NCBI GenBank assembly: GCA_049999805.1
Contig: JBNGIO010006223.1
Span: 224,743 to 288,742, forward strand
Source: Folioceros fuciformis
Taxonomy: Eukaryota
Length of the DNA: 64,000 bases
Direction of reading: 5' to 3'
Each line of letters opens with the position of its first letter. Positions within the stretch are counted from its first letter, which is position 1. The notes beneath the pieces are model-generated. The model searched no databases and was not told the origin of the DNA. It was given only the letters and a program-made list of their open reading frames with translations. Positions 11,143 through 23,577 of the stretch are shown here, one piece after another. Position numbers and translations under genes: made by a program.

Positions 11143-14055
11143 TCACCTCGTTCCGTATTCAATGCTACTCAAGTCTTCAGACGAACACGGCGATGGACGT
11201 CGAGGTAATTGGACAGGCAGCCTCAGACGTCCCGGAGAGAAGGCACCAGGAATTGTTGGCTCCGTAGAGGGAATTGACGAGAACATTCCGTCTGCTGCCT
11301 GCAACCATAATAAACAAATCAAAATAGTCCACAAGGCACTCGGAGTGCCAAGAAGATTCTGGTGTGCCAGCGACAGAGCCTGCATACCGACCTCTCTATC
11401 CCAGTTTGTCTTGCATGTTACGAACATAAGGATGGACATTTGCAGGAGAAGGCCACACAGTAAGCCAATCCAGAGTCCCTGCACGATGAGTTTTTATCAC
11501 AAATCGAAGTGGTGGCATGTAACCTGAGCAGCGAATGGAACAACAATTATTCACAGTTAAGTACAGTGCACACAAGAAGATCTACAGCTTGCCTTTCCGC
11601 CGACTTTGACCATGAAGGCTAGCATGATCCCGATCGGTAAACCAACACCATAAAAGGCCCCCAGGTTGATATAAGCTCCAAGTTCTTGCCAACCACAGCC
11701 TCGAGCCACTCCTGCAGTCAGGCTCACATTACAACTCCCCTCCACGTGGCAGAGCGCCCAGAGCTTACAATTCAGACAAACCTGAAAGTACGCCCTGGAT
11801 TCCATCGGCAACAGCCGTCATTGCCACGAAGGGCATCAGGGTGCTCACGTACTCCACCACTTCTGGATCGTTGCTAAACAACCACCCCCAAACGTTCCGC
11901 ACTAACAGCAGGACAGCTGCGACCATACTTGCTTGAAGCACTGCGAGTCCAATAGCTACGTACACAGCAAACTGTGCCGCAGCAGCACGGCCTGCCCCGA
12001 GCTCATTTGCCACTCTTGTGCTGGAATTCCACAAGATCAAATGTGGATGAGGCAAGAGGAGAAGTCCCTCACTGCAAGACAATGCTCATCGGGGATACAT
12101 GAATTAAGACTATTCATAGAAACCATTTGGCGTACCTGGCAGCAGCGCTAAGTCCAAATGGGATCATGTAATTGAAAGTGATTGTGTTCATACTGCAGCA
12201 TGACACCAAGAGCGTCACATGAAACAGTTGCTTCGGTCAGCAAGGCCACCGTAGAAACTCTATCTATTTCTAGGACTTCCTGAGGCAGCTGTTAACCTTT
12301 GTCCCCCTATCAGAATCACAAAGCGTGAAGCATAAAGCTTGAAACCTGTACCACCCTATTCCATGTGTGAGCAGCGTGCAATGCAAGCAGCAACAATTAC
12401 AGTATGGGAAGAGGTTCACCATATTGAAAACGCTCCCAACTCCACTTGAGGATTAGGTAGCAAACCCGAAAACAAGACCAATGTCTCGAAGCTCCAATAC
12501 TCTAAACTGTGTAGCCCACGATCACAAGCCAAGAGTACCGCCTCAATTCAGTGGAGTGGAAAAGCAGATCACTACTTGTGCAAGAAGCTTCCCTTAAGGG
12601 CACTGCTTAGTGGAGAATCCTCCCTTACCTCACCATAACGCCTGACGAAACCGAAAGTCTGAGAAATTCTTTGAAATCCTTGAATGCATCCAGCGATAAT
12701 CCATCCCATGTATCATCACAAACCCCAGAAAACCGCACGTAGAGTACCAATAATAAATACGTGGTCCAAAACGAAATACCAGTAGCAATTGCCGCACCAT
12801 GAATCCCCAGATCCGTCTTGTCCACTAAAATCCAGCACAGCAATGTCTGCAGCAGGAGCGTTGTACCTGAACACAGTACCATAGGCAGAACAATGCTCTG
12901 GGTTTGCAAGAATTTGATCAAAGGCTGGAGAAAGGCGGCTGCATAGATACTTGGCAGCAGGAGACGACAATATTTTCCTGCTATAGCAGAGATTATAGGA
13001 TCCTGGCCAACTAGCACAAGAAAATCTTCCATGTACAAGAAAAGGAAGGTTAATGGAACACAGGCTGCCACCAGAAACACCAAAGCTTGTTGTAAGTAAA
13101 CTCCCAACATGAAGAACTGTCCAGCCCCAAATGCTTGGCCACACAGCGTCTCCAAAGCACTAGCCATTCCCATCTGCCAATTGCACGGTATGAGTTAATA
13201 TGAGTTTTCTCTCCTTAGCTCCGGCTGTTCAGCTTAGCTACCATGCAGGGAGAGTCACGCATGGTAGGCAAAGGCCCCGTTATGACAAGCACTGCCAGAA
13301 TGGAATGGAATGCCATAGTTTTCCGGCATGGGCAGTGGAATGCTGGAAAACTATTGCTACATGGAAAAACGTAGGACCACTGAACAAGTGACAAGGTGGT
13401 CATGGCACAAGGAAGGAAGGAATCAAGGAAGTGTGCAGAGTGATTATTGTGTGCTTACCAGAAGGTCATAACCCAGAGCACTTGTCAGTGACACGGCAAG
13501 CGAGGCACCAGACAGCTCCAGTTTACCGAGGTGGCCAACGAACATGAGCGACACGATGGTGAGCGCGTACTGCATCACGTTCACTCCGATCATCGGCCCC
13601 GCTAGCACCAGCTGCTTGCTCACCTCTACCCACAAACAGCTCCGCGACAGTAGCGATCTCATCACGTTCACGTCGTCGCTCCCGCTTGCGAGCTCGGGAG
13701 CTGCGTCAATCCGGAACGCATCGGAGGCGGCGGCGGAGGCCGCGGGAGGAGTGGAGCCGGGAGGCAGTCTGTCCATGGCGGCAGCGGAGTGTGGTGGTAA
13801 GGTCGAGGAGGAGGACGAGGCGGAAGGAGAGGGAGTCAGGAGCGGGCGGCGGGCATCCACTTCCGAGAAGTCGATGTTGGGAGTGTTCTTCCAAGGCCCG
13901 CCGCGGTTGGGGAAGGTGGAGAAGGGCGCGAGGCGGGGAGAGACCGGGATGCCATTGCGGGACCGTGCACGGAGGCGCCAGGAGAAGGAATCGGAGGCGG
14001 AGAGGAGAGGGTCCCTCAAGGACTGGTATTTGGGGGACCTGTCGGGGCCGGACAT
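11143..14055 (-). CDS. MATE/DTX multidrug and toxic compound extrusion transporter, multi-exon
   Basis: [84 protein letters not shown]...TNWDRE. Long disordered N-terminal extension. Confidence 0.95.
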
Positions 14056-15875
14056 CACGACAGAGGCCGCGATGGCGACGCTCGTGCGGGAAGAATTGGC
14101 GGGAAAGCGAAGGGAGGGCTGAATTGGCCGACATTGAGCTCGAGCTTAGACGCCAGAATTCGGAGCCCTTCGTCGCCGCCCGTGCCCACTGCACACCACA
14201 CCACACCCAGCGCAGCAAGCCCACAGTCGCCCGCCTTCTACAGCCTACAGTTGGATGCCATCGGTTACTTCCCTTTCGCAAAGCCGGGAATGTTGCTGAC
14301 ACGGCGTGAAGCAATTTCGGTTCATTATACATATATGAAAAACCCAGATCAGAGCCTTCTTCGCAGGTGGAAGCGTGGCTGGCGTACCAGGCGGGCCTGT
14401 GCGACAAGGACCATACCCCGACGTCTCAATACGGCCGTTCACGACCTTTGATTACTCAAGCAGTCACTCGAGTGCTCGCCAACGTGTGCGGAGCTGAAGA
14501 ATATCCTTGTCCGCTGCGGGCTTCCGCACTTCGCCAGCCAGCCTGCGGCTGCAGTTGCAGGTCTGGATGCTCAGGATGAAACCGCACCGAGGTAAGAAAT
14601 ATCACCAACTTTCTCTGATGACAGTAGCCCGCCAGGGCAAACAGATCTGAAAGCTGATGGGATGACAGTACCAAGTCAGTCTAGACGGAGCGCTCAGGAT
14701 AACAGAAAAGCTAGATTAGGTCAGGCAGGATGCTGAGGATGAGCTGCTTTCCAGGTTGTACGTCCTTCCTCTGGTCCCGTACTCGCTCATGGATCTCCTG
14801 ACACAGGAGCGGTGCCTGTCCGAAATTGATTCGGGAGATATAAAGTGTGGAAACTCGGGGACGCCGCAAGGTACTTCATGGCTCTTCCGCAAGAGGTGTG
14901 GTGTTTCCACGCAGGACATGAGGCGGCAAGGGCTGGGTCAAGATGCATGGCCTAAATATTCTGCAGGAGCCTGGCGTTACTCCTTTCTCCGTAAGGTTGG
15001 GTTTGTCTCCCGAATTGAAGCTTCACTAAGCGAGCTTCGGCTTGGAAGCTGTGCGTGAGGCGATGTTGCCTCTATATGACTGGCCCGGACTGGGAACAGG
15101 ATATGCTCAACAATGAAATCTCTGCTCCAGGACGAAACTTGCTCCGTCAACAGGGTCGACAGTAGCCTCAATTTTCACTTTGCAGTGACTGTTAGCAAGC
15201 AGTCTAGCTTGTTCTGTGGCGTTTGGTCAACAGCACACATCCATCCACAAGCCACCCTGCGCGCTTCTCCGCCTCCATGATCTCTACAAATCTAGGCTGC
15301 ACACGCACCACGCGGCTTCACAGGACGCTACAATTTCTCCCACCAACGAGCAGTAGTCTGGCACAAGACTTCACTTCTTGCTGGTTCAGAGGCAGTGCAT
15401 GTCACAGTGGCAAGCAATTTGTTGACGACTTTACCCTCGGAACACCGACATCTCCAATTCCATGGATCAAGACAAGTCTTCCCGATAGTGCGGGAACTCT
15501 GCACCACGCACCTTACAGCATCCCTCGTACCTCCAGTGGTCATCTCACCTTGTGAGAGGAGGAAAGGGAGCGTAGGAACTAGACTTCACAAGTTAGTTGT
15601 CGGAAGAGAGGTCAGGAATTAATAATCAAATATTGGTTCAACTTGTGATTTCCAACCCCATCGCCGTGGATCTCTATGTAGAGTGGAAACAAACCAGGCT
15701 TACGGCGGGCTATGAAGATAGTGGGTGGTCGGTCCCTTTCATCCGTTCTGCTGGAGTCTGGACCGCGAAACATGAACGTGAGACGGGCCGGGTGACATCG
15801 AGCTGAAGAGGCGTCCGCAGCAGCGCCAAGGCCGCCAAGGAAAACAGCGCGAGAAGTAGTGAGTAGCAAGGCACG

Positions 15876-17994
15876 ATGGGGGCTGCAGCCACAGCCATTG
15901 CGCTGCCTTTGGGCATCATGTTCCTCTGCTCCGGCTTCCTCGTCAACCTACTGCAGGTCAGCTCACTTGCTTGCTTGTCGATTGCCCGCACTTTAATTTG
16001 GTTTCCAGTTTAGCGAGGTGGCGTGAAAGCCCTCCTTATTTGCGTGTGGCTCGCACTAGCTGCTGTGTCTCTTGTTTCTCCTGCCTCTATCTCGGAAGGC
16101 GTACCGACTGGCCAATATGTATATGATGGACGCCCTGTGGTCGGAACTTGTTTGGCTGCTGGATTGGTGGGCTGGAGTCGAGGTATGTTTGACAGCAGCA
16201 GCAGCCGCATTCTTTCTGGATACCCGTGGTACCGTATGTTTGTCATGGGGTTTTGTTGTGTGAGAGCAACTGATGTTGGTACTGCAGGTGCGCCTTTACG
16301 CGGATCCTGAGACGCTAAAGCATCTTGGTACGCGCGCCCTTGGCCATGTTGCACGTCAACCCTTTCAGTTTTAGCTACCAGGTCGTGAACAAAGCCTTGG
16401 TTTCATTTTGGGCAGGAAAGGAGCATGCACTGCTGATCAGTAACCATCGGAGTGATATCGATTGGCTGGTTGGTTGGGTTTTTGCCCAGGTAGGCTTCTA
16501 GGGTGTTTGGTCTCTGTTGTTGCCGTGTCCCGAGGAGTGCGCTTGTTTTCTGACTGATGTTTTTTGCCCCTCGTCGGTGTGCAGCGGTTTGGTTGTCTCG
16601 GCAGCACGCGTGCTGTTATGAAGAAATCGACCCAGTATTTGCCGGTATGCACCTCTCGCCATTCCCTCAGGGCCGCCTGCCCCCATGAAGACACAATGGA
16701 AGGGTGTCAGGTTTTGTTTTGGAGTAACAGTATGTTGTCATTCGCTATGCTGTCCTGCAGGTCATGGGGTGGTCCATGTGGTTTTCGGAATATGTGTTTC
16801 TGGCAAGGAACTGGGCAAAGGATCAGTCCACGTTGAAGGTGTGTGTATAGGCATTGCCGCGTACATCCCCGAGTCGTATGCTATATTCCTCTTGTACCCC
16901 CTGCTGCTTGCGAGCCATAATCTTGTGACAGTTTTGGAATCAGTGCAGTCAGGGTTTGAGAGATTAAGAGGCTACCCCGGGTCTTTATGGCTTGCCCTCT
17001 TCGTGGAGGGCACTCGCTACACACAAGCCAAGCTGTTGGACGCACAGGCATATGCTGCATCTGCCGGCATTCGTGTTCCCAAGAACGTTCTGATCCCCCG
17101 CACAAAGGTAATACCTGGCAGTTTGGTCGGAATGTGTGTCTAGGGTTCATGAGGATGTAGTGTGTGTTGAATGCCATCCTTACCGTGGGCTTGCACGTGC
17201 GTTCCAGGGCTTTGTATCTGCTGTCCAACACCTGCGCTCTTTTGTCCCTGCCGTATACGATGTGACACTCGCCATCCCGAAAGAATCTCCAGCTCCTACA
17301 ATGCTACGGCTCCTTCGAGGGCAGCCCTCTGTGGTACGTGAGTGCTGCCTTTGAAGTGGTGCTTGGAAGTGGCGGCTGGTAGTGTGGTTCTGACTTGCAG
17401 TTGCACGGTGGAGCTTGTGTACAGCTGCATGTGCACTGGAGACGTTGTCCAGTGAAGGATCTCCCCAAGACAGATGATGAGCTAGCGGAATGGTGTCGAA
17501 AAGCCTTCCACATAAAGGTGGGTCATCTCATCAAGCCAGGGGCAGTTGTGCTGTGAAGGCTGACGGAGCTATCTCGGGGAGAGACTCATCTGTTTGCCTG
17601 GCGTTGTGGGTGTGTCGCTGAGTTGGGCAGGATGATTTGTTGGACAAACATAAAGAAGAAAACACTTTCGGGGAGAACTCTTACGTACCCCTTCAACGTC
17701 CTCTGAAGCCATTCTTTGTAAGTACCGGTCTTTGTTTAAGCTTGATTTGTGAGCCTGATGGATGGCAAAGACTGATGGAGGCGTGATCATGGGTTGCAGT
17801 TTGTCTTGGGGTGGGCGACGCTCATCCTCACAGCCTTCCTGTGGTTGCTGAAGCCCGTCCTCAGCACTTGGCGAGGCGTGATGTGGGTAGCAGGCAGTTT
17901 GGCCGTGGTGGTAGTGTTCATGGCAATTCTTGTGCTTTCCAGCCAGTCGGAACGGAGCTCTCGCGGCTCTAGCATTTCGACGAACAAGAAGTGA
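15876..17994 (+). CDS. LPAT2: 1-acyl-sn-glycerol-3-phosphate acyltransferase (LPAT2/3 type), multi-exon
   Basis: [47 protein letters not shown] (NHxxxxD), [22 protein letters not shown]-terminal SSQSERS. Confidence 0.95.
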
Positions 17995-18358
17995 AACGGA
18001 ATAGACCGCCCATTCTTTTTTATTCTTGTGCTACACCTGGCAACAGCGGAACCTGCCATACTTATTACGCTAGGCAAATACTAGCACTCTTGAGAGCCTT
18101 ACAGGCCCAAACTGGGGCGGGCGTCGCATGTGGATGCCAAGAAGCTGTGGTAGCGCGAGAAGTCTCAAAAGCTGTAGACAGAGTAACGAAAGCCAGAAAT
18201 GAGTTGTGGTTCTAATGAGTGTGGCGGGCAGCGTGGGACGTGATTGGCTAGGATGAAGAGCAACTAGATATGATGCCACATAGCTAAGCGGCGTGAAGTC
18301 CTTGAGGCGCAGAGGGCGCAGCTTGCGGAGCTGCTGTTTCAGTCGCTGCGGTGGAAGG

Positions 18359-18985
18359 ATGGCGGAGTGTGTGTGCCTGAGCGGCATGTCCACGACCGGG
18401 CTGTCGTTGGAGCTGAGGGTCCCCGGGCGCACTCGCAGGAGCGGGAGGTGGAGTCCGCTGACCACCAAGGCCGCCACCCAGAAGGTGGGTGGGGGCACTG
18501 GGGGTACCCAGAAGATTGTCGGAGGTGGAGGCACACGCTACGTGGGAGGCAGGAGGGTGAAGGTGTTGCAAGTTGGGGACAAGTCGGCCAAAATCCGCGA
18601 CAAGGTGTCGGGGGAGCCGGTGGCCGTGAAATTGCTGTCCAGAGTCGAGCAGCTGCGGCTGCTGACCAAGGCCGAGAAGGCGGGCCTGCTCTCGCTGGCC
18701 GAGAGGCTAGGGCTCAGCCTCACCACCATCGAGGAGTTGGGACTACTGTCCAAGGCGGAGGAGTTAGGATTACTGTCTGCTGCTACGGATCCCGGCTTGC
18801 CAGGAGCTCTGTTCACGGCCGCTCTGCTACTCCTTCTTGGCGGCCCGCTCTTCGTCTACTTCGTGCCCGAGGATTCCACGCCGCTGGTAGTGCTGCAGAT
18901 CGTCGTGGCCCTGCTCAGCGTGTTGGGAGGTGCAACGGCCTTCGCAGCCTCCAATTTTGTGGCCACATTGCAGCGCTCCGATTGA
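18359..18985 (+). CDS. RIQ1: DUF1118 thylakoid protein, RIQ1-like; intronless
   Basis: Transit-like N-terminus, [26 protein letters not shown]...[18 protein letters not shown], then two hydrophobic helices around VPEDS. Confidence 0.85.
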   Translation: MAECVCLSGMSTTGLSLELRVPGRTRRSGRWSPLTTKAATQKVGGGTGGTQKIVGGGGTRYVGGRRVKVLQVGDKSAKIRDKVSGEPVAVKLLSRVEQLRLLTKAEKAGLLSLAERLGLSLTTIEELGLLSKAEELGLLSAATDPGLPGALFTAALLLLLGGPLFVYFVPEDSTPLVVLQIVVALLSVLGGATAFAASNFVATLQRSD

Positions 18986-19167
18986 GGCTGTTGAAGAAAT
19001 ACCTCCAGCTTTATTGCATACCGATTCACAGTCTTGCTTAGACACTGCCAGCTAGTTTGGTCTACAACCCAAAAAAATTGGACTAGGAGTTCGTACTCAG
19101 TATCACTCTACGTGTAAATGCCGATTGAAAGGCTGCGTGGACTGCACAGTCGGGCTAGCTGGTGTCG

Positions 19168-20043
19168 TCAAAACTCGTCGCCCACGGGAGTTAGATCGAT
19201 GTGGAAAGGCTGCCGTCCCTTACTAGCTCTGGCTATGGCCACCAGCTCCTGCAGCAGCTGCTTGAAATGACGCAGCGGCCACTGCGTGGGGCCGTCCACA
19301 GGCGAGCTCACCGGGTTGTCGTGCACCTCCATAAAGAGACCATCCACTCCCACAGCCACGCACGCCCTGGCAATGGCGGGGATGAGATCGCGCAAGCCGC
19401 CGCTCGCGACGCCACCCTCCCGCAGCTGCTGCCCCGCCGGCTGCTGCAGCGAGTGCGTCACGTCCGCCACCACGGGACAGCCCGCCGCGCGCATCCACTC
19501 CAAGTTGCGCGTGTCGACCACCAGATCGCTGTAGCCGAACATGGTGCCGCGCTCGCACACCATCACGTTGGGATTGCCGGCCCGCCGCACCTTGTCCGCG
19601 GACGCCACCATTACCGACGAGGCGCAGAATTGCCCCTTCTTGATGTTGATCACGCGCCCCGTTGCCGCGGCCGCCACCAGAAGATCCGTTTGCCGGCAGA
19701 GGAACGCGGGGATCTGCAGCACATCCGCCACCCGCGCCGCCGGCTCGCATTGCCAGGCCTCGTGCACGTCCGTCACTACAGGAATCTGTAGCTGCGTCTT
19801 CACCTCCTGCAGCACCTGCAAGCCTGCCTCCAGGCCGGGGCCCCGGAATGACGATGCCGACGTCCGGTTGGCCTTGTCGAAGCTGGCCTTGAACACCAAC
19901 TTCACGCCAAGCTCGTCAGTCACGCTTTTGATCTGCCGCGCCATCTTCAGCACATGCTCGCGCGACTCGATCACATTCGGACCAGCCATCACGAAGAAGG
20001 GCTCCGCGCCCTTCAGCTCCGAGAACAGGCCCGAAACCTCCAT
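19168..20043 (-). CDS. KDSA: KDO-8-phosphate synthase (2-dehydro-3-deoxyphosphooctonate aldolase); intronless
   Basis: Single 291-aa ORF with AGPNVIES, FKASFDKANRTS, QIPAFLCRQTDLL, INIKKGQF, CERGTMFGY, DVTHSLQQP and FMEVHD. Confidence 0.97.
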   Translation of the reverse strand: MEVSGLFSELKGAEPFFVMAGPNVIESREHVLKMARQIKSVTDELGVKLVFKASFDKANRTSASSFRGPGLEAGLQVLQEVKTQLQIPVVTDVHEAWQCEPAARVADVLQIPAFLCRQTDLLVAAAATGRVINIKKGQFCASSVMVASADKVRRAGNPNVMVCERGTMFGYSDLVVDTRNLEWMRAAGCPVVADVTHSLQQPAGQQLREGGVASGGLRDLIPAIARACVAVGVDGLFMEVHDNPVSSPVDGPTQWPLRHFKQLLQELVAIARASKGRQPFHIDLTPVGDEF

Positions 20044-20454
20044 GGCGCCACACCAACTCCTCTCACTCTCACCTCAACTTGTGCCTGCGTCCTTATAGCA
20101 TACGAAGGTAGCTAACCACCCCGGACAGCAACGAGCACCAAGACCTAGCAACATGGCTCACATACATGCTACATATATATGAATCAACCGCGCAGAAAGA
20201 CTTCACAACTTTATCAAAATACATTACACACCAAGGGCCTTGGCCTCAAGACCACGGGGCCGTGTCTTTTTCCCACAGAACGAACGCAACCTGGTGAACT
20301 CAAATCAAATGTTCAAATCTGGACGCACTTGCCACACTACACTGTAAATACCTACAGCCCACTGTCGCCTCATGCTCTTCGTTCGTCTTCGCTCCATATT
20401 GGGTGGCAGCCAACATCCAACACCACCACCACATGAAGCCCGTCATCGCAATCG

Positions 20455-22716
20455 CTAGTCCGCCACTTCTTCCGTGCCCAACTGAATGTCTCCACACAGA
20501 CTCAAAGTGCGACTCAGTTCAAGCCGATATTCCAAACCTCTCATGTGATGCCCGAGGAGCATGCACCTGTGCACCACAAAACACAACACCATCATTCGTG
20601 AGACCACAACACATAAACATGGTACCGCAGCAAACCCCTAGATGACACTCTCGCCCTTTCATCCTACTCCTACCCGCTCCGAGGGGCAGATGCACCACAT
20701 CATGTGGTGATGGCGATTGTGGCTTGCCCAAACGAAGTGGAGCCTTACCAGTTCAGAAAGACCTGCCACAGGTCACTTGCTGCAGATCACCGACCTGCAA
20801 ACACCCTCAACAAATCTAGACCCAACCTGCAGACCACTGTTTAGCTTTCCCGTCAGTACTTGAGGAGGGCTAGATTACACACCAGAAAAGGAGCCGCGCA
20901 ACGTAGTCTCGTGTCACAGTCACAATCGCCTGCGTATGCAAGGGTACGTTGCCAACCACCTCCCCATCCTTCTCCCAAGAGCTTGGTATGCGCCTGCTGC
21001 CTCCACTTGCCGATGGAGGCACTGTTGGCGGTTTGGAAGAGAGGGTTCCAAGCACCTCATTCACCACTTGCCCAACCACCACTTCGATATCTGGTGAAGT
21101 GGGTTGCGACAGTTCAGCAACCTGAGTTGCACAACAGGAAAACATCAGGCCTTGTACCAACGGGATCCCACCCGAAGCACCACCTTTGACAGGAAGACGC
21201 ACAAACCTTGTCGGGTTCGAGTGACCGCAGATAACCTAACAAATCGTTTTGCCCTTCAACGGCCATTCTTTCTGCTTCCAGGGCAGAGAGAGCTTGCTTG
21301 CAATCACTCAATTCCTGCAAACGAATGCCAGATCCAGGTAAGAATCTCTACAGCCGTGAGTGTCAACCTTCATTTATACGTGGCATGGGTTTAACTGACA
21401 GCCAAGCATTTTGTTACAATCAGAGCAAACGGCCCTGACCTTTTCCGACGCAGCGAGTTTAGCTTGCAGCTGCTGAATATAATTTGCCACTTGAGGTGTT
21501 ACACCTCCAACAAGCTGATCAGCCATGGACACCCCCTCAACTCTCAAGACGTCTCCATGGTCGACATCTGAGGCATCATCGTGAGGTGAAAATTCTGCCC
21601 TTTCATTGGATAGGGCATTGCCAATTGATGATGGTTCTCCATTCTGCAAGCTGCAAACTCCCTGCTCGACAGCCTCACTGCTATGGGGGATGTATTCATC
21701 AGGCATATTTAAGCTTCTTTGCAAGCTCAGCCGGTACTCTGCATTCCTCAAAGTGTACCTGCAACAAGAAGGGCAATTCAACGCAGTCAGGGAAGAGCCG
21801 GAAACTAGCATCACTGCAACAAAATACCTCGCCACTTTAACCTTTCGACATCAACCTGTTCGGTCAGTTCAGTTCAGTTCATTTCAGGGGAGAATGAATC
21901 ACACTTACCCTGTCATCATAGACGAAACAAGCAGACGTGCCAGGGGTGTGGGATACGACTCAATAGTAATCTGAAACTGGTCCGAGGGAAGCAACCCCAA
22001 CGTGCCTGACACAGTCCTCTTCATCGCATCCATACAATCTGGAGAAGCATCCTTGCTTATCAAGCTCACGTCCAGGGGTTCGATCTCTTTGATGAGATTC
22101 CACAGCACTGAGGAGTCACCCTGCATATTTCCACAGGGCCAGGAAACCAACGAGCTCAAGGTCCGCTCCACAAGGTTAGGGCACGAAAAATCGTGAACGG
22201 CAAACAAAGAAAACAAAGACATGCACAGCCTCCATTCGGCCAACAAGACGCACACTCGCAACATCCTACACGCACACTCACCTTCCTGTGTGCGCCACCC
22301 CTAGCTGAATTGAAGGCATCGTTGGCTGCGAAATGGTCAGAGCTATCGCTGTCTGCACCCTCCCAAAACGCCCCGCTCACACCATGGATGAGGCAGACGG
22401 CGGCAGCTACCTTGTCCCTGCGATTCTGCTGAGACGCACTAGCGGAGGCATCGAGAGCCAGTCGGGTGAAATGGTCACGGAAGCAGGCGAGGCCAGCCCC
22501 CGGCCGCCGCCGTTGCCTGCAAGCGGGCGGCGACCGGACCGTGCTCGAGCCCGAGCCCGTACCTGTGCCCGTACGCCTGCCCGTACCCATGCTGGAGCTG
22601 GTGTGCTGATTGCTCCGAATGGCCCAAGAGGTGCGAGGGCTGGAGGGCTGGCATCCCCGCACCTGCTCGGGCCAGCTCAGGGCCTCGGCCCCGGCAGCTG
22701 CGGCGAGCAGCGCCAT
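20455..22716 (-). CDS. DUF760 chloroplast protein, multi-exon
   Basis: IEPLDVSLISKD...DAMKRTVSGTLGLLPSDQF, LARLLVSSMMTG|YTLRNAEYRLSL, NDLLGYLRSLEP, TRDYVARLLFW|CMLLGHHMRGLEYRLEL. Stop TAG at 20455-20457. Confidence 0.9.
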
Positions 22717-22882
22717 GCTCTGAAGACCTGCCGAATCGCAGGAGCGACTACAGCTAGCATGGCTGCGAGTGTACCATTAGCCCGCGCGAGGCACGCGCAC
22801 ACGCTCCCGGCTCCATCGCCTAGGTCGCTGGTCGCTAAATTGTGTTACCTCCTTCAAGCATGCAGCTAATTAGACTGGGTGG

Positions 22883-22982
22883 NNNNNNNNNNNNNNNNNN
22901 NNNNNNNNNNNNNNNNNNNNNNNNNNNNNNNNNNNNNNNNNNNNNNNNNNNNNNNNNNNNNNNNNNNNNNNNNNNNNNNNNN
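22883..22982. other. Assembly gap (100 N)
   Basis: Run of N. Confidence 1.
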
Positions 22983-23577
22983 CGCACAGGTCCTGAGAAG
23001 AGTACATTGACACGGAGCCAGGAGAGAGGAATGTACGCACACCACAATGTAATGTGCATACATGTATACATATGTATAGTGCAATATTTCTAATTTCTTC
23101 CCTCTGGCGGGAACGGTGCAGGTTGCCCGCCCCTCCAACGGGGGAAGAACGGGCGGTAGCCAACAGGGAAACAGCAGGGAGAGGAGAGTGCCTCACTTGT
23201 CGCACTGGCGGGAATAGCAACATGCAGTTAAACCATCTTTGCGCACAGAGATATTTCTGCTCATCAGCATAAGCGCCGCGCCCGGCGTATGAAACCAATC
23301 ATCTTGTATGCATACTGCATGTACACTCTGAAAGTAATATCTATTTACACTACTTGATCGACAGTGGGCGCGGACCCTGTACTGCGCGGGAGCCCATATC
23401 CTGTCCTCTGGACTGGACTGGGATTCTGTCTCCCGCGCCTGGAGCCGGGACAGACCGTCACGTGTCAGCACGTTCAAATGCACTGTGCATTCCCGCTCTT
23501 CAAGCGTCGTCTTCCCACCACTGTCTCCGTCTTGGATACAAGGTGCTGTAGCCTGCTCCTTCGATCTCCGGGTGCTT

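Noticed and set aside
13544-14407. Long overlapping ORFs around the MATE first exon (also antisense ORFs over KDSA, RIQ1 and the PPRs)
   Set aside because: Shadow frames of GC-rich or repetitive coding sequence with no recognisable domains.
19168-20043. KDSA as bacterial contamination or recent horizontal transfer
   Set aside because: Termini are plant-type, plants use KDO in rhamnogalacturonan II, and the gene is contiguous with spliced plant genes.
23193-23490. Possible frameshifted DYW remnant downstream of the first PPR (RNISVRKDG...CC)
   Set aside because: No HxE, CxxC or KNLR motif in any listed frame, so the resemblance is too weak.
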